Positions 1 to 11,353 are shown, counted from the stretch's first letter. The stretch: 64,000 nucleotides of DNA from Paraphysomonas bandaiensis (GCA_965644295.1 CBFFRP010000159.1:1-64000), one strand, 5' to 3'. Numbers and translations: made by a program. The notes: generated by a model not told the origin, from the sequence alone.

Positions 1-594
1 TTGCGGTGGCTGCACCAAGTTGATGTCCGATATGCCTTTGATGTGACCCTGAGAACTCCTGAGATAGGAGTCCCATCGGGCAGACCATGCAGTGATGATT
101 TCGTGGGTGGGGGGGTGGTTGCCGGGGGGCCGCGCCATCCCATGCCGTTTGTAGCAGAATTAAGAACATCTTTTGGATAATCGCAAAACCATGAGCATTC
201 CTTCCTGTATTACTCTCATTTCCGGGGAAAAGCCATTCTTGAACTTTTGAGCGTGTGCGCTGACAACGTTCGTGTAGGCGTGTGCTATGTGTACATGCAG
301 GACGCTTCGCCTCAAGCGAAGCTGGAGGTTATGTGATGGATGGCCGCTAGTCTGTTGTGCCACCTCAGGAGGGAGTATGGTAGTCGATCCGTTGTCTAAA
401 TGTGGTAGTTGTGCATGAAGTTGGAGGAGTCTTGCGGTGTATGCCTGTAGCTTCCTTGGAGTCCTTCGGGTTTACATTGAGACGGGGGGGATTCGGAGGT
501 GCGACTCAGGTGGTCGAGGTCAAGACTGACTGGTACGGTGAAGCCGACCCAGACCGGTCGATGATCGAAGGCTGCTGCGAGTAATGAGGAAATT

Positions 595-1376
595 CAAGGC
601 AGCCGGTGTCCGTAACAGACATGTTCGGAGGTAACGGCGTGTGTAGAATATGATCGATCCGCGATATTCCTTTGTCTAATCTGTGGAAGGTATGATATGT
701 TTTCCTGGGTAGGAGAAGCTCGTAAGGTGGTGCAGCCAGTTGGAGTTTGTCGGCGGCAAGTGGTCATATGTCTCTGCCGCTGATTTGTCTCCGTGTGGGT
801 AGCCAGTCGCCGGCGACAATGACGGTATGGCCCCTGGCTCTGGGCCTTAGTGACCCATTGCCGTAAGGATGTTGCATAGGTAGCTTCGTAGGGGTCAGCA
901 GCACAGATACCCACGGGACGCTCTCCCTAGCTTGGTCAATTTGCTCCGTAACAGTGCGCAAGTGCCTGGCGTGGATGGCTTCGGGGGTAGATAGACGCTT
1001 ATTAGTACTAGGGTGTGCGCCACCGGATCGTTTTGGAACTCTAGTCGGCCTCAGTCCAAACCAAGTCCCGTAAAGTCAGCCTTTGTGAAGGCGAGACGGC
1101 GCCTCCAGTATCTCGCTGATTATGACTACTGTACCCCCCATTAGTGGGTCTCTTGAAGTCAGTTTTGGCTGCTTGCTGAGGAAGAGGCATATTCTTGTTC
1201 CCTCGGAGTGCATCTTCGATGATACGCGTGAAGAAGTTGGCCTGAGTTTCTGTTAGACGGACATCCTGTAATAGGAGCACGTCCAATTTTTGCCGCTTAA
1301 AGTGTCGGATGATAGCTTGGGCTTTACCTGTGTGTGATGCCGGATTGCCACTTGTGTTCCATGTGAAGAGTCGGAG
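595..1376 (-). pseudogene. APE-type endonuclease domain of element A, frameshifted
   Basis: Ordered motifs across frames: LRLFTWN, LDVLLLQDVRL, LISVYLPP, VIVAGDW, RIDHILH and a frameshift-broken TD-H. The indels may be decay or sequencing error. Confidence 0.8.
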
Positions 1377-1546
1377 TCCATGGCTGCTCTCGAGGGATCC
1401 TTGGGGATGCTGCTGGAGGTCTCTGTAGGAGTTCCACTCTTGTCTGCAAGGAGTCTGTCCCATACTGCTATATTGGCACCGCCTATGTCGCTGTCGTACG
1501 CAGCCCTGGCTTGGATTAATATCTCAAGTGGCCAGCGTTGATCATA

Positions 1547-1912
1547 CCAATAATGATGTCCGTAGTTGATGAGAAGTTCTTCATCCTTAGCAATGGAACG
1601 TATAGTACGGACATAGAGGCGTTTATTTTTCGTGACAAACTTGACATTAGCCATGTTTGTGGCTAGGGGGTCATTAATATACCCAGCTTCGCATGTTACA
1701 CATTGTCGGACTTGGTCATGAGCCATCTATTGCGAAGGTACCAGTACTGTCTTGAACTATGTAATCAGAACGCCTTGTAGACTGACTCATCTTTGTTAGT
1801 GGATAGCGTTTGCCTTTGTACTCAGCAATGATGACGTCTGGCTGGGAATGTGTTCTTCGCATAAAGGGATAGTCCTTTGGCAGTGTTATCGGCGTACGCA
1901 ATGTAGAACTTT
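1547..1912 (-). pseudogene. SET domain (lysine methyltransferase fold) of element A, split by two frameshifts
   Basis: Joined ORFs 1822-2028, 1716-1901 and 1253-1726 give KGLSLYAKNTF / IIAEYKG / DY..FAIDG / GYINDP..ANVKF..TIRSIAKDEELLINYGHHYW. Confidence 0.85.
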
Positions 1913-3043
1913 CTTGACCAGTCCCTGTCCCAGCCGGTGGTATCTAGTGCTGGAGTTGGTCTGATCGTTCGTGTGGTCGTGGTTGGGTGTGAGTTGTGAA
2001 GGTCTCGTTGGTTGGTCACTTTCATCATAATTTACGACCTTTTTGGCTTTCCGGGTTGGCTGGCATCGACTTGTCAACGCAGTTTGGGCGTGTTTCAACT
2101 GCATCTTCTTGTGCGATGGTAGTGCTCCAGGGGTTGAAGCCTGCAGAATCTGTCGATTTGTTCGTGCTAACTTGGTGCTGCTTGACGAGGTTGTTCTGGT
2201 GCTGGTCATCTTTGATGTCCTATTGTTGTTCGTGATTGAGTCCGCGGGGAGTGTAGGTGGAGCGATGGGGTCAGCCGTTGAGAGTATACTGGTGGCCAAG
2301 GTGTTTTCAAGAGATAGTAGGGCGTTGTCTAGGGCAGTAGAAAGACCGGCAGGGTCTAAGAGGAAGTAGTGAGCATCTTGTAGTATGACATGGTAGTAGT
2401 TATCACGAATAGCGTCCCTAAGTTCGTCCACCTTCCATGCGATGTTATAAGCTACTTTGTCAGTAGGGATGCCTACAATGCTGAGGTAATTACCATTTAG
2501 CGCCCACGTCGTGCAGGGGTTGATAGTAGAGGCTAAAAGGTGGACCTCTCGCACTGAGAGCCAGTGAGTTATGTCGTCTTCCGTAGTGTATGTTGTTTTG
2601 GTAGGTATTAAAAGTGCGGCCTGTGCGTGATCTAACTTATGTCGTAGTGGCTGAAGTGTGTGATGGGCCATGCACTCCCGTTGCAGTATGTCGAACGCTT
2701 GGGTGCCTAATGTATTTATGAAAGATGCTAGCGTGTGACGGTCCTTGCGTTGTTTGAGGTCTAATTTTAGACAGGAGCGAGTGTGTCGCCTGCTTGAAGC
2801 AAGAATGTGCAGATGATAGAGTGTGCTGTATGCACAGTACCCATCACTAGGGATATGTTGTTGTGTGCGAAGGGCTGAGGGTCTGAGGGTGAGGCGGTAG
2901 ACTCTGCTCATGTCGCACATATGGAGCCTGAGTTGTCGACGGTCCGTGGGGTTCATCTGTCGTAGTTGACGTCGAGCTCTCGGTGACAAGGAGACTGCAA
3001 TTACTTCCCTCTGTTCCTGTTGCTCTCTGTGCTCATGTGGCAT
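1886..3043 (-). CDS. Element A polyprotein segment with OTU-like cysteine protease domain 3
   Basis: IPSDGYCAYSTL ... WLSVREVHLLA ... VILQDAHYFLL matches the OTU DGxC / W / HY layout. Confidence 0.7.
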   Translation of the reverse strand: MPHEHREQQEQREVIAVSLSPRARRQLRQMNPTDRRQLRLHMCDMSRVYRLTLRPSALRTQQHIPSDGYCAYSTLYHLHILASSRRHTRSCLKLDLKQRKDRHTLASFINTLGTQAFDILQRECMAHHTLQPLRHKLDHAQAALLIPTKTTYTTEDDITHWLSVREVHLLASTINPCTTWALNGNYLSIVGIPTDKVAYNIAWKVDELRDAIRDNYYHVILQDAHYFLLDPAGLSTALDNALLSLENTLATSILSTADPIAPPTLPADSITNNNRTSKMTSTRTTSSSSTKLARTNRQILQASTPGALPSHKKMQLKHAQTALTSRCQPTRKAKKVVNYDESDQPTRPSQLTPNHDHTNDQTNSSTRYHRLGQGLVKKVLHCVRR

Positions 3044-3063
3044 AGGTGGTGCTGATTGACGGC

Positions 3064-5529
3064 TCAGAAGTCCAGAGGATATTGGTGCTCTGTCTGGAGG
3101 TCTGGTGTTGTAGAAAACAGGATAGCCGCTCCTGAGTCCGTGTTAGAGCGTGCATGATGCAGGTGGGGATATTTGTTGCATTGAGTATGTGAAACCCATG
3201 CTGGCTGCAGTATGATGTCATGGGTTACCACAGTGTTGGTAGAAGCGTGCACTGTTAGTGCCTGTCTGGAGAATGGTGACAGCTGTGCCCAACCAGGCGC
3301 CAGGTGCGGTTGAACAGCGTCCCATAGTCTGTATGGTATGGAGAGAAGATCGAGTAGCAGTTGGAAATCCTCCGTGTCTAGATGTAGTCCTGTGTGTGGA
3401 GTCGAGGATTCATATTGCATGAGTGTCTTACGGAGACTAACAGTGGCTGTTGAGGGAATACCCTTTGTCAGGCAAAGGGTCCGCACATGCCTAGATACAA
3501 CATGAGTGGAGTCTGCCCAGGGTTTGTTGCCATTCGCGAGATGCTGGGCAACTAGTAGGGCGCTGTGCGTGGTATCCAATTTGTGCTCTGGTAGCGTGAA
3601 TGATATCATGAGATCATAGTTGTCCGTCCTGGAAGCCTTGGCTATGAATCCTTCCCATATGTCTGTACAGGCAGGGGATAGCATGTGTGCATATATTTCT
3701 TTTAAAAGGTTTCCCTGTGGGGAGGCAGCAATGGTTTGGGTTTCATCATATCTAACCCAGTTGTTCAGCAGATCGGAGTGAAAGGGCGTGTGACCCCAGC
3801 CCTCTGTGTAGTGTCGGGGGTGTGTGGCAATGTCCTTGGGCAGTGCATCCGGCCTGATGTCAGGAGTGGTAGTGGAGTGTGAGGATGGGCCGTCTGGGGC
3901 TAATGCTAGAGTTCCCATGGTGTTCAGTTGAGTAGGGTTGGTGGTAGGTGGCCTCCGTTTGACTGGGAAATAGTCAAATAGAGTTGCATACGGTGTGGTG
4001 GCATCCTTAGTGGGTAAGGGTAATGTGTGGGTGGATTTGCTGGGTCCGTCACCGCTGTTATCGGAAGAGAATTCCTTCCCCTGAAGGGCGTGGGAGGGAT
4101 GGTTGATGGACCTGGCACGATGTACTCCTTGCATTCCCTTGGAATGATATTGCAACACATTTTGGAGACGCATGATGACGAGGTCAGGAATTCTCTCGAG
4201 TAGCGCGTGTAGTTCCAACTCCACCGGGTATTTAGTGTCCAGGAAGAAGTGGTCGTTGGAGCAAAACACATCATAAGATGGAAGGAATTGAGTTTGTGGA
4301 AGGAAGGAGGAATGGTGGGTAGACCAGTACGCCCAGTTGTGGCCAAGGTCCACTGGTGAATCTTGCCAGATACGAATTCGTATACTCAGGGTTTCTGCCA
4401 GGAGGGCTATGATGTCTGTGTAGCCCCATTGCTCTGGGGGTATTCCGACAGCAGTTGGTCGTTTGCGGCGTAGTGCTTTGTTGTACGTTGTTAGCTGCTG
4501 TCGGAGCTTCTTCCGGATGCATGCAAAGTTAAGCATCTTGGCTTCAGCGAGCGTGTAGGTACTAAGTACCGTCCTGCTTGTCTGAATGACTTGGAGCAGT
4601 TTTGCTTTCGAGGCTGGATCATCGGGATTTAAATACGGGTAGTGGTCCTCCTCCGGTTGTTTGTGGTATATTGCGGCAATAGCAGCTAGTCCGCAGAAGC
4701 CCTCCATTGGTGTGTTGTTGTATTCTGTGTGTGTGTAGTGACGTGCAACCAGCATTTTCCCCTCCTCAAGCGAACATCTGAGGTGCTGTTCTATGCGTTC
4801 TAAAGCGTGCCTCGATTGTAGCATGGACATGACACTGTGAACCACCTCTTCGTGTATGGCAATGGCTAACAGACCGCTGGGCGAGTAGAAGGACCAATTC
4901 TGCAGTCCGGGGTCCGTGAAGGCAGCTGGCAGAGGGTGCGGCACAAATAGTTGAGGCAGTACACTTGTGTCAGTGATTGTTCTCTCTTGTTCGTCCTCCA
5001 CTGTGGGCGGAGGGAGGCAAATAGTATGTGTGGAGTCTTCTGGACGGGGGGGTGCTGTAACAGCTGTGGGTGCTGTGTCAGGTATAGGAGTGGTCACGAT
5101 GTTGTGTGTGTCTATACACTGTTGTGCCAGGTGTTGTAAATGCTCTCGCCATGCTTGCTTGTTGTGGGCACGGATGCGGAGCTTGTTTCGTGTCTGTTGA
5201 CGTTGTATGTGTGGAGGGAGGGACTGGATTGTTCCTTCACGAAATTGTTGCAGAGTTCGTTTGCGACTGAGCCGCCGGAGGTTGTTCCGCTTACGTTGTG
5301 TCGAGGCCGGCCGTTTTCGTGGTCCATCACCACTATTATCACAGGAAAAGTGCGGTCCTTGATGCCTTTTCGTGGGATGTACACTGGTGGATCTCGACTG
5401 TTTGTCTGGCGGTTTACGTGGTGGACGCATGTGGGTGCTACAGGCGAAGGTCGTTGTGTCAGGTGAGGGCCCACTATGGATATGTAAGTGTGGACTGGGG
5501 GATAACCACGTGTGAGCAGCTGCGGACAC
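3064..5529 (-). CDS. Element A polyprotein segment with OTU-like domain 1 (Cys and His present) and degenerate domain 2
   Basis: Domain 1: PMEGFCGLAAI ... WGYTDIIALLAETLSIRIRIW ... VFCSNDHFFL. Domain 2 has the parallel LDTEDFQLLLDLLSIPYRLW ... HDIILQ/HGFHIL (frameshift into 3033-3221) but no catalytic Cys. Confidence 0.65.
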   Translation of the reverse strand: MSAAAHTWLSPSPHLHIHSGPSPDTTTFACSTHMRPPRKPPDKQSRSTSVHPTKRHQGPHFSCDNSGDGPRKRPASTQRKRNNLRRLSRKRTLQQFREGTIQSLPPHIQRQQTRNKLRIRAHNKQAWREHLQHLAQQCIDTHNIVTTPIPDTAPTAVTAPPRPEDSTHTICLPPPTVEDEQERTITDTSVLPQLFVPHPLPAAFTDPGLQNWSFYSPSGLLAIAIHEEVVHSVMSMLQSRHALERIEQHLRCSLEEGKMLVARHYTHTEYNNTPMEGFCGLAAIAAIYHKQPEEDHYPYLNPDDPASKAKLLQVIQTSRTVLSTYTLAEAKMLNFACIRKKLRQQLTTYNKALRRKRPTAVGIPPEQWGYTDIIALLAETLSIRIRIWQDSPVDLGHNWAYWSTHHSSFLPQTQFLPSYDVFCSNDHFFLDTKYPVELELHALLERIPDLVIMRLQNVLQYHSKGMQGVHRARSINHPSHALQGKEFSSDNSGDGPSKSTHTLPLPTKDATTPYATLFDYFPVKRRPPTTNPTQLNTMGTLALAPDGPSSHSTTTPDIRPDALPKDIATHPRHYTEGWGHTPFHSDLLNNWVRYDETQTIAASPQGNLLKEIYAHMLSPACTDIWEGFIAKASRTDNYDLMISFTLPEHKLDTTHSALLVAQHLANGNKPWADSTHVVSRHVRTLCLTKGIPSTATVSLRKTLMQYESSTPHTGLHLDTEDFQLLLDLLSIPYRLWDAVQPHLAPGWAQLSPFSRQALTVHASTNTVVTHDIILQPAWVSHTQCNKYPHLHHARSNTDSGAAILFSTTPDLQTEHQYPLDF

Positions 5530-5577
5530 TTCTATGAGTGTACGTTTGATGTTCGTTGTGTCCCAGTCCAGTAGGAG

Positions 5578-7343
5578 TCAGTTGGAGTCGGAGCCGAAGA
5601 TGTCCGAGTCCACCCGAGAGTGTTCTTCTGAGGACCTTTCTGGGATACTGTGATCTACCTTGTTTTTATAGTAATCAAGTACCGTGAGAGTCGCCCCAGC
5701 ATCGATCTCATAGAGAGCTGCAACCGCGTTTTCCATTTGCGCGAGGATGGCATGGATTTTTGACAGAGGTACAAGATCTGAAGCGATGTGTAGAGCTATT
5801 TCGCAGAGCTCTGGGCAGGTGGGAGCTGGTGCTGGCTCTGTTGATGGGGATGTGTCCATCTGTCGCTGTCGTTTGGGAGTGTACGATCGCGGTGTATCGG
5901 TCTGCATTTGTGGAGCAACAGTTGGACCGAAGGGTTGAAGGGACGTTGGAGGCGGTATTATGGGAGGGGCGTTTGTTGCTGTGTCTGTGGCCTTATGGAG
6001 GCCGTATAGAAACCGCTGAGTAGGGAGGCCAGGGGGGACTGCTATGGTGTGATAGAGGAGCCTTAGAGTTTCGTCACCCAGAGCTTTGCGCAGTAAAGGC
6101 ACGATACCTGTGCGTGAGATTTCCCAACAGAGTTTGATCTTGGTATTCCTGTCGTCCAGGTAAATGTAGGTTTGTTCAACTAAGCGTTCTTTTTCTTTGC
6201 GCCCGCTTGTGAGTGGGTTGCGGGCGGTCCAAATGATGTCCTCTATGTCCGTGGATGGGATACCTATGGCCTCACAGGCTTGCCAGACTTGGATGGGAGA
6301 TAGGAGTGTTTCAGAGCAGACAGCGATGCGGAAGAGTTCTTGAGACGGTGTCCAGTTGGACTGCTTTTGCGTGGGTGTTTCAGTGCTGACCATTCTACAA
6401 CAGAGTGAGCCGAGGTTGATTTCGACATGTCCTCCTATTTCATTATTGAAGAGTGCTTTATAGAATTTAGCTCTTAGATCCTGATCGTGAATGGGATCGT
6501 GGAGTAATAGAATCTGATAGAACCTATATGTTTTATCAGTGGCTCGAGTCTTGCCTCTATAGTGTGTTAGAGTCCAGAATACTTCGTATAGAGGTAGCGT
6601 GGGGAAACCTCCCGTTCGGAGAAGCATATCCAGCGTGTTTCGTAACCTAAAGGCATGTGCAGGTCTGGTGTGCGCTGAGTCTGCATGTAGCCCATATATA
6701 GCCGCCACTGGTATCAGCGAGGGCTCATCCTTGGTGCGACCCACGAAGAGTTCTCGTGGCGTTCGGAAAAGTGATATCTGGACATGTCGGCGTTCGGTCC
6801 GAAGGAGGCCTTTGTCATCGACTGATGTGCCCGTTTCTACATGGAGGTCAAAGCATAGAGGGGAGGAGTACATACATGAGTCAGCGGTAACATTCGCTCC
6901 CATGCCCTGTCGGACTTCGTACCCAGGTCTGCCTAGGTCGAACGCTCGGACTACCCTACTCGCTGTGGGAGCGGGTAAGTCTGAACACGTTCGTGCATCC
7001 TTGGCTGCCCTGAAGGTAGCGATGTCTTGGGGGGTAGGGGGTTGAATGGGAAACCCCAACTCATGGATAAGGTAGTGTGTTATCCCCAGGAAGGTGGCAT
7101 CATCAGCAGCTTTTATGTTTGTAAGGACGAGTGTTTTGTACTCTCCCACAGGTAGGTCATTTTCCCATCCCAGAAAGGTGCGTACCGATGGGAGCTGTAG
7201 CTGGGGAGTGTCAGCTTTGGCTTTCTTCTGTTCTCTGATAGCATTTTTGATCTGCGCATCAATGTTGGTTGGTTGATAGGAGGGGGAAGAACAAACTTTG
7301 GAGTGAAGGTTCTGGAAGTGTTGGAATTTGTTTCACGTTTCAT
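5578..7343 (-). CDS. Element A ORF1-like protein of unknown fold; probable start at ATG 7343 with one frameshift near 7265
   Basis: 523-aa ORF whose frame stays open upstream of the called start. It has a Pro-rich linker and a helical C-terminus. The ORF1 role is inferred from position only. Confidence 0.5.
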
Positions 7344-8117
7344 TGAAATTGTGTCGAAGTTGCTTCTAGAGAGTGTTGGTGTATATCTGTATGTGAACCG
7401 AGTGTTGTTGCGCAAGAGACTTAAGCGTGAACTTTGGGGCCTTGCATAGGTGATATACTCATAACCAGCAAGATTGAGTGGGTGTGTGTTGGTAGGGTAT
7501 TGATGGGGTCCGGGGCTACGTGGTGTACCGCATGCTAGCACCGTTTTTGTGTGGTATACATCCTGTAGGGCACTGTAGTACAGTAGCCGAATATACCGTA
7601 TGCGGAATACAGTGTCTGTCCAATAAGAGGAATGGGCTGAGGGAGTGATAGGTGAACAGAATGAGGGGGTAACCTGCTGGATGCATAGACCACAGAGAAA
7701 CCATGTTGGGTTGTTTTGTGTGGACATCAGGAGGCAGCCCTGTAGCTCAGTTGTGAGGGTTCGAGAGTATTCTGTGACCATATGGAGAGCACCAGAGGAT
7801 CTTTTGCGTGGACCTGCTCGCACGAGCCACGTTTTGAGTGGTTGTAACCGTAGAATTCGATAGGTGAGACTATGATGTCTACTGATGTGATGGCATATGA
7901 ATGCGGTAAGCGCTGCATTAGTGCAGGCACGTGGTTTAGCCGAAGCCGTTAGGTTGGGTGGAAGTCGCAAAGCCAGGCAGTGAGGCTTGGAACGTGTACA
8001 ACGTGGTAAAACAAGAGATTTGTCGGAGACGAGGTGATCAGCAAAATGTGGCCGAAGAGAGGGAGAAGAGGCCCTAGGCACACTGACATGACTCATCCAT
8101 ACCCTTAATAGGGACAT
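7113..8117 (-). CDS. Element A 5' ORF0; first ~190 aa conserved in elements B and C
   Basis: Same ATG context and conserved blocks RACTNAALTA, WLVRA, PTWFxCG and DTVFRIRYxRLLYY in three diverged copies. Confidence 0.55.
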   Translation of the reverse strand: MSLLRVWMSHVSVPRASSPSLRPHFADHLVSDKSLVLPRCTRSKPHCLALRLPPNLTASAKPRACTNAALTAFICHHISRHHSLTYRILRLQPLKTWLVRAGPRKRSSGALHMVTEYSRTLTTELQGCLLMSTQNNPTWFLCGLCIQQVTPSFCSPITPSAHSSYWTDTVFRIRYIRLLYYSALQDVYHTKTVLACGTPRSPGPHQYPTNTHPLNLAGYEYITYARPQSSRLSLLRNNTRFTYRYTPTLSRSNFDTISMKRETNSNTSRTFTPKFVLPPPINQPTLMRRSKMLSENRRKPKLTLPSYSSHRYAPFWDGKMTYLWESTKHSSLQT

Positions 8118-8198
8118 TGAGCTTAAAGCTGGTTAATAAGGTGAAACTTTGTGTTGAACGGTATTTGCCACCGTAGGGCAGAGAAAGATGAGCTGACG

Positions 8199-9431
8199 TG
8201 AGCTGACGGAGGAGCAGAAGCAGTGGGTCGAATCATTTCCGTATAGAGGAATTATTGGAGCGGTGTTGCATTTGGCGATTCACACTAGACCTGATCTGGC
8301 TTACGCTGTGGGGTTATTGGCTCGATTTAGTACTTCTCCAACATATGCGACTTGCAGATTAGCTATTCATTTGTTGAAATATTTACGTGGTACAGTTGAT
8401 AAGGGAATCAGATTCAGTGGGAGTGAGTTTGATTTACATGTATTCAGTGATTCAGACTGGGCTGGTGATAGGATGACTAGGCGGTCCACAACGGGATACA
8501 TCGTGCTTTTATGTGCGGGCGCTTTGGCCTGGCAGTCCAAGCTTCAGACCACAGTTGCGACTTCGAGCATGGAATCTGAGTATATGGCGGAGTATGCGGC
8601 TTTGCAAGAACTGGTGTGGCTTCGGGGGGTGTTCAAGGAGCTCGGACTCTTGGTAGCGAAGCCGACTCCATTCTTTATGGATAGTAAGAGTGCAAAGGAT
8701 CTTTCAGAGAATCCAGTGTACCATAAGAGGTCGAAGCATATTGACATCAAGTATCACTGGATAAGAGAACATGTTAATGGAAAATTTCCTACAGCAAAGT
8801 TGATTCATGTATCTACGGATGATATGGCGGCCGATATTTTTACAAAGGCGTTGTCCACGAAGATCTTCAGCCGTCATGAGAAAACGATTACCGGGGTTAA
8901 GAGGAGTGTGTCTAACAGTGTGGAGGAGCAGCAGAAGAAACGACCCCGAAGAGGTTAAAGGTGTGTTTTAGTGGGTGAAAATCCCACATAACTGTATATC
9001 TAGTTGACTGCTAGATATATATGTATCTTTAAAAGATTTCACATCTGTTTTTACCTATGGGACTAGATAGTCATAGCATTATCAGATTATTGTGATCACT
9101 GCTGTTTTATCTCACTGCATTCTACATTGAGTGGGAGTATTAGAATATGGATCTTATTCTAGTATATTCAGTATGTCACTTGAAGACAATGTACGAGAAT
9201 ACAGTGAAATATAGTGATGTACAAATGCTGTGATGATATTGAGAAACTGAAATAGTTTGATCGTTCAAGATATGTTCAGTAACGAGAGGTTCGCATATGT
9301 AGGATATTATGCAGGGATTATAATGAGTTAGTGTTGGTTATCACAACTTCGTGTAAACGATACTAATAAATCTATCTAGTCTTACGACAAATTCTCTCTG
9401 TGATCTAGTGTAAAATGAGCGTTTCTCAACA
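8199..9431 (+). mobile_element. Ty1/Copia 3' portion: RT end, RNase H, PPT and 3' LTR
   Basis: PYRGIIG..TRPDL, FSDSDWAGD..RRSTTGY, KHIDIKYH, ADIFTKAL. Purine tract GAGTGGGAG at 9129-9137, then putative LTR TATT(9138)...AACA(9431). Confidence 0.9.
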
Positions 9432-9528
9432 CTGCTGACTATATGTTGCGGCTCACGTTAGTTTTTTGGAGATACTTATCCCCCAGAACACCACGGAAAG
9501 GTGCGAGTCCTTTGTTGAGGGAACACTA
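9432..9528 (-). repeat. Second copy of the 5' segment of element D (42847-42972), cut by the Copia LTR
   Basis: Reverse complement aligns: CCCTCAACAAAG..GGACTCGCACCTTTyCGTGGTGTTCTrGGGGATAAGTA...CTAAyGTGAGCCGCAA..ATAGTCAGCAG. Confidence 0.75.
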
Positions 9529-10135
9529 GAGATAAGTTCAAAAGTTCTAACATAGAACTGAGAACTGTGATTAAGTGATTAATAAATTACTTTCAAACAG
9601 ACGTAGTACTGCAATATTTTACCAGATTTAGCGAATTGCTAAACCGCTTTCGTTACAATACACAATATTACAATTTTTGACATTAACTATAATTCAATGT
9701 GACACATATACTCGTAATATCGTAAGACATACATTTATTAACATATATGCCATTTTACGAGACATTCGCGTGTTTCGTGGGAATAAAATACTGACTTATG
9801 CATATTTGTTATAGAAGCTATAAATAGGTTCAGATAGAGCTGAAGAAATTCGGCATCACTAGTTGGAAAACTATACTGATATCCGTCAATATATTATTCT
9901 TACCATGCATATTAATACTGTCTCTACTTGGACTTTTACTTCCACCACAAGAAGATTTTTACACGATATATTTCACAATGTATTATGCTGAAGTCAAATA
10001 GAGACGTATAGAATCAACGTATCTCTTTTACGTGTTGTAACTAATACGCTATATAAGGCACGACGGCCTTCAGATACTCGCACACGACGACTAGGGTACG
10101 ACGAAATATGTAATATTCACCATCATTCCTCTATA

Positions 10136-11353
10136 TCAATTCTCCACTGCATTTTCAAACGAATCGAGAAATGTCCGAACGCCAACTCCGTCGGCCGTGC
10201 CCAATAGGTGCTCCGGCGGAGGGTTGAACTCACAGATACGCAAAAGTGTAGTCAGCTCCTCATGATTAAATGAAACGAGATGCACTTCGCGAAGGCCACT
10301 ATACACATGAGAGCTGACAGCCTCGACAGCAATTCGAAGAACCTGCACATCGCATTACATAGATACAGATATTCAGAAAAAAATACCTTTTCCAAACTCT
10401 GACGGCCTCGGAATATACCTGCTGATAATAAGGAAAATCCAAGTAATTCGATGTTTTTCTCTGCCGCAGCTTCCATGGATGATATGTAAGCAGATCGAAG
10501 CAATTCATCTCCATGGCGCAAAGATTCTTCGATATTCTCATGCCTACACAAACAGACGTGAAAAGGTAAATTTACACGCACCCCCAATGCGGTTACCAGG
10601 TTGATCAAAGACATACCGTACCTGTTCTGTCCTTCGAGAGCAGTGTAGTTGGGTCCCACACTATGTATAACGTATGGTACTTTCAGTTTACCAAACTTGT
10701 TTGGACCCACCACTCTACATGCGCCAACCGGAATTCTGTCGCAACGCGTGCCTGTATACATATCACGCTACGCCAACACATATACGGAAATTACAATACG
10801 CGCCTGCTACGATAGGAAGAGATTTTCGAGCAGCAAACAATTTATCCCCTCCGGCAGTTGATATTGCCCCATCTACTCCACCTCCACCGAGTCCCCCTAA
10901 AATTAAATGATTTCGGAGTATAAATATAAACACCACATAATTATGAGCGGATTGAAGATCACACTTCGCAAAAATACGATACCATTTAACAAGCAAAAAG
11001 GCACCTGAATTAGCAGCGTTGACAATAGCTCCGAAATCATGACCATCGAAGTCAACAACGCTACCCTGAGAGATACACAGAATGGTGCCGTATCTGATAT
11101 AAAAAATTGATGAAAGTTGAACTAAAAATTATGCCGTGCATCATAACAGTGTATAATATTAATACATATGTGTATACCTCAGCTGTATTCGTTTGTGTAT
11201 AGTAACACCGCAAGCCTGGACAAGAGACTTCATATGAATTCCTGTCAATGAGCATATTAGAAACAATACAATCTTAATCACTGGTGCATCGCTCCACTTG
11301 TCTAAGTATGAACTTGTCACCAGAAAGATACCACACCACTTCGGAGCATACAA
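10136..11353 (-). CDS. Macro domain protein (MacroD/YmdB-like), multi-exon; start uncertain
   Basis: AIVNAAN, GLGGGGVDGAI, VIHSVGPNY, LRSAY and LLSAGIF across exons. Confidence 0.88.

Larger units (their letters stand above)
1..8185 (-). mobile_element. LINE-like non-LTR retrotransposon (element A), 5' 8.2 kb; RT and 3' end presumably beyond the left edge
   Basis: 5' end TTCTCTGCCCTACG at 8185 is shared with the TSD-flanked elements at 28680 and 54497. Order on the minus strand: ORF0, ORF1-like, OTU x3, SET, APE. It abuts a Copia RT that it appears to interrupt. Confidence 0.8.

Noticed and set aside
1-8185. Element A as a Helitron/Helentron
   Set aside because: No Rep or helicase motifs upstream of APE, and relatives have 11-13 bp TSDs. 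Not fully excluded until the RT is seen.
9497-9513. tRNA T-arm/B-box-like AAAGG-TGCGAGT-CCTTT
   Set aside because: No cloverleaf or A-box, the stem is disrupted in the second copy, and it is antisense to the element's tail.
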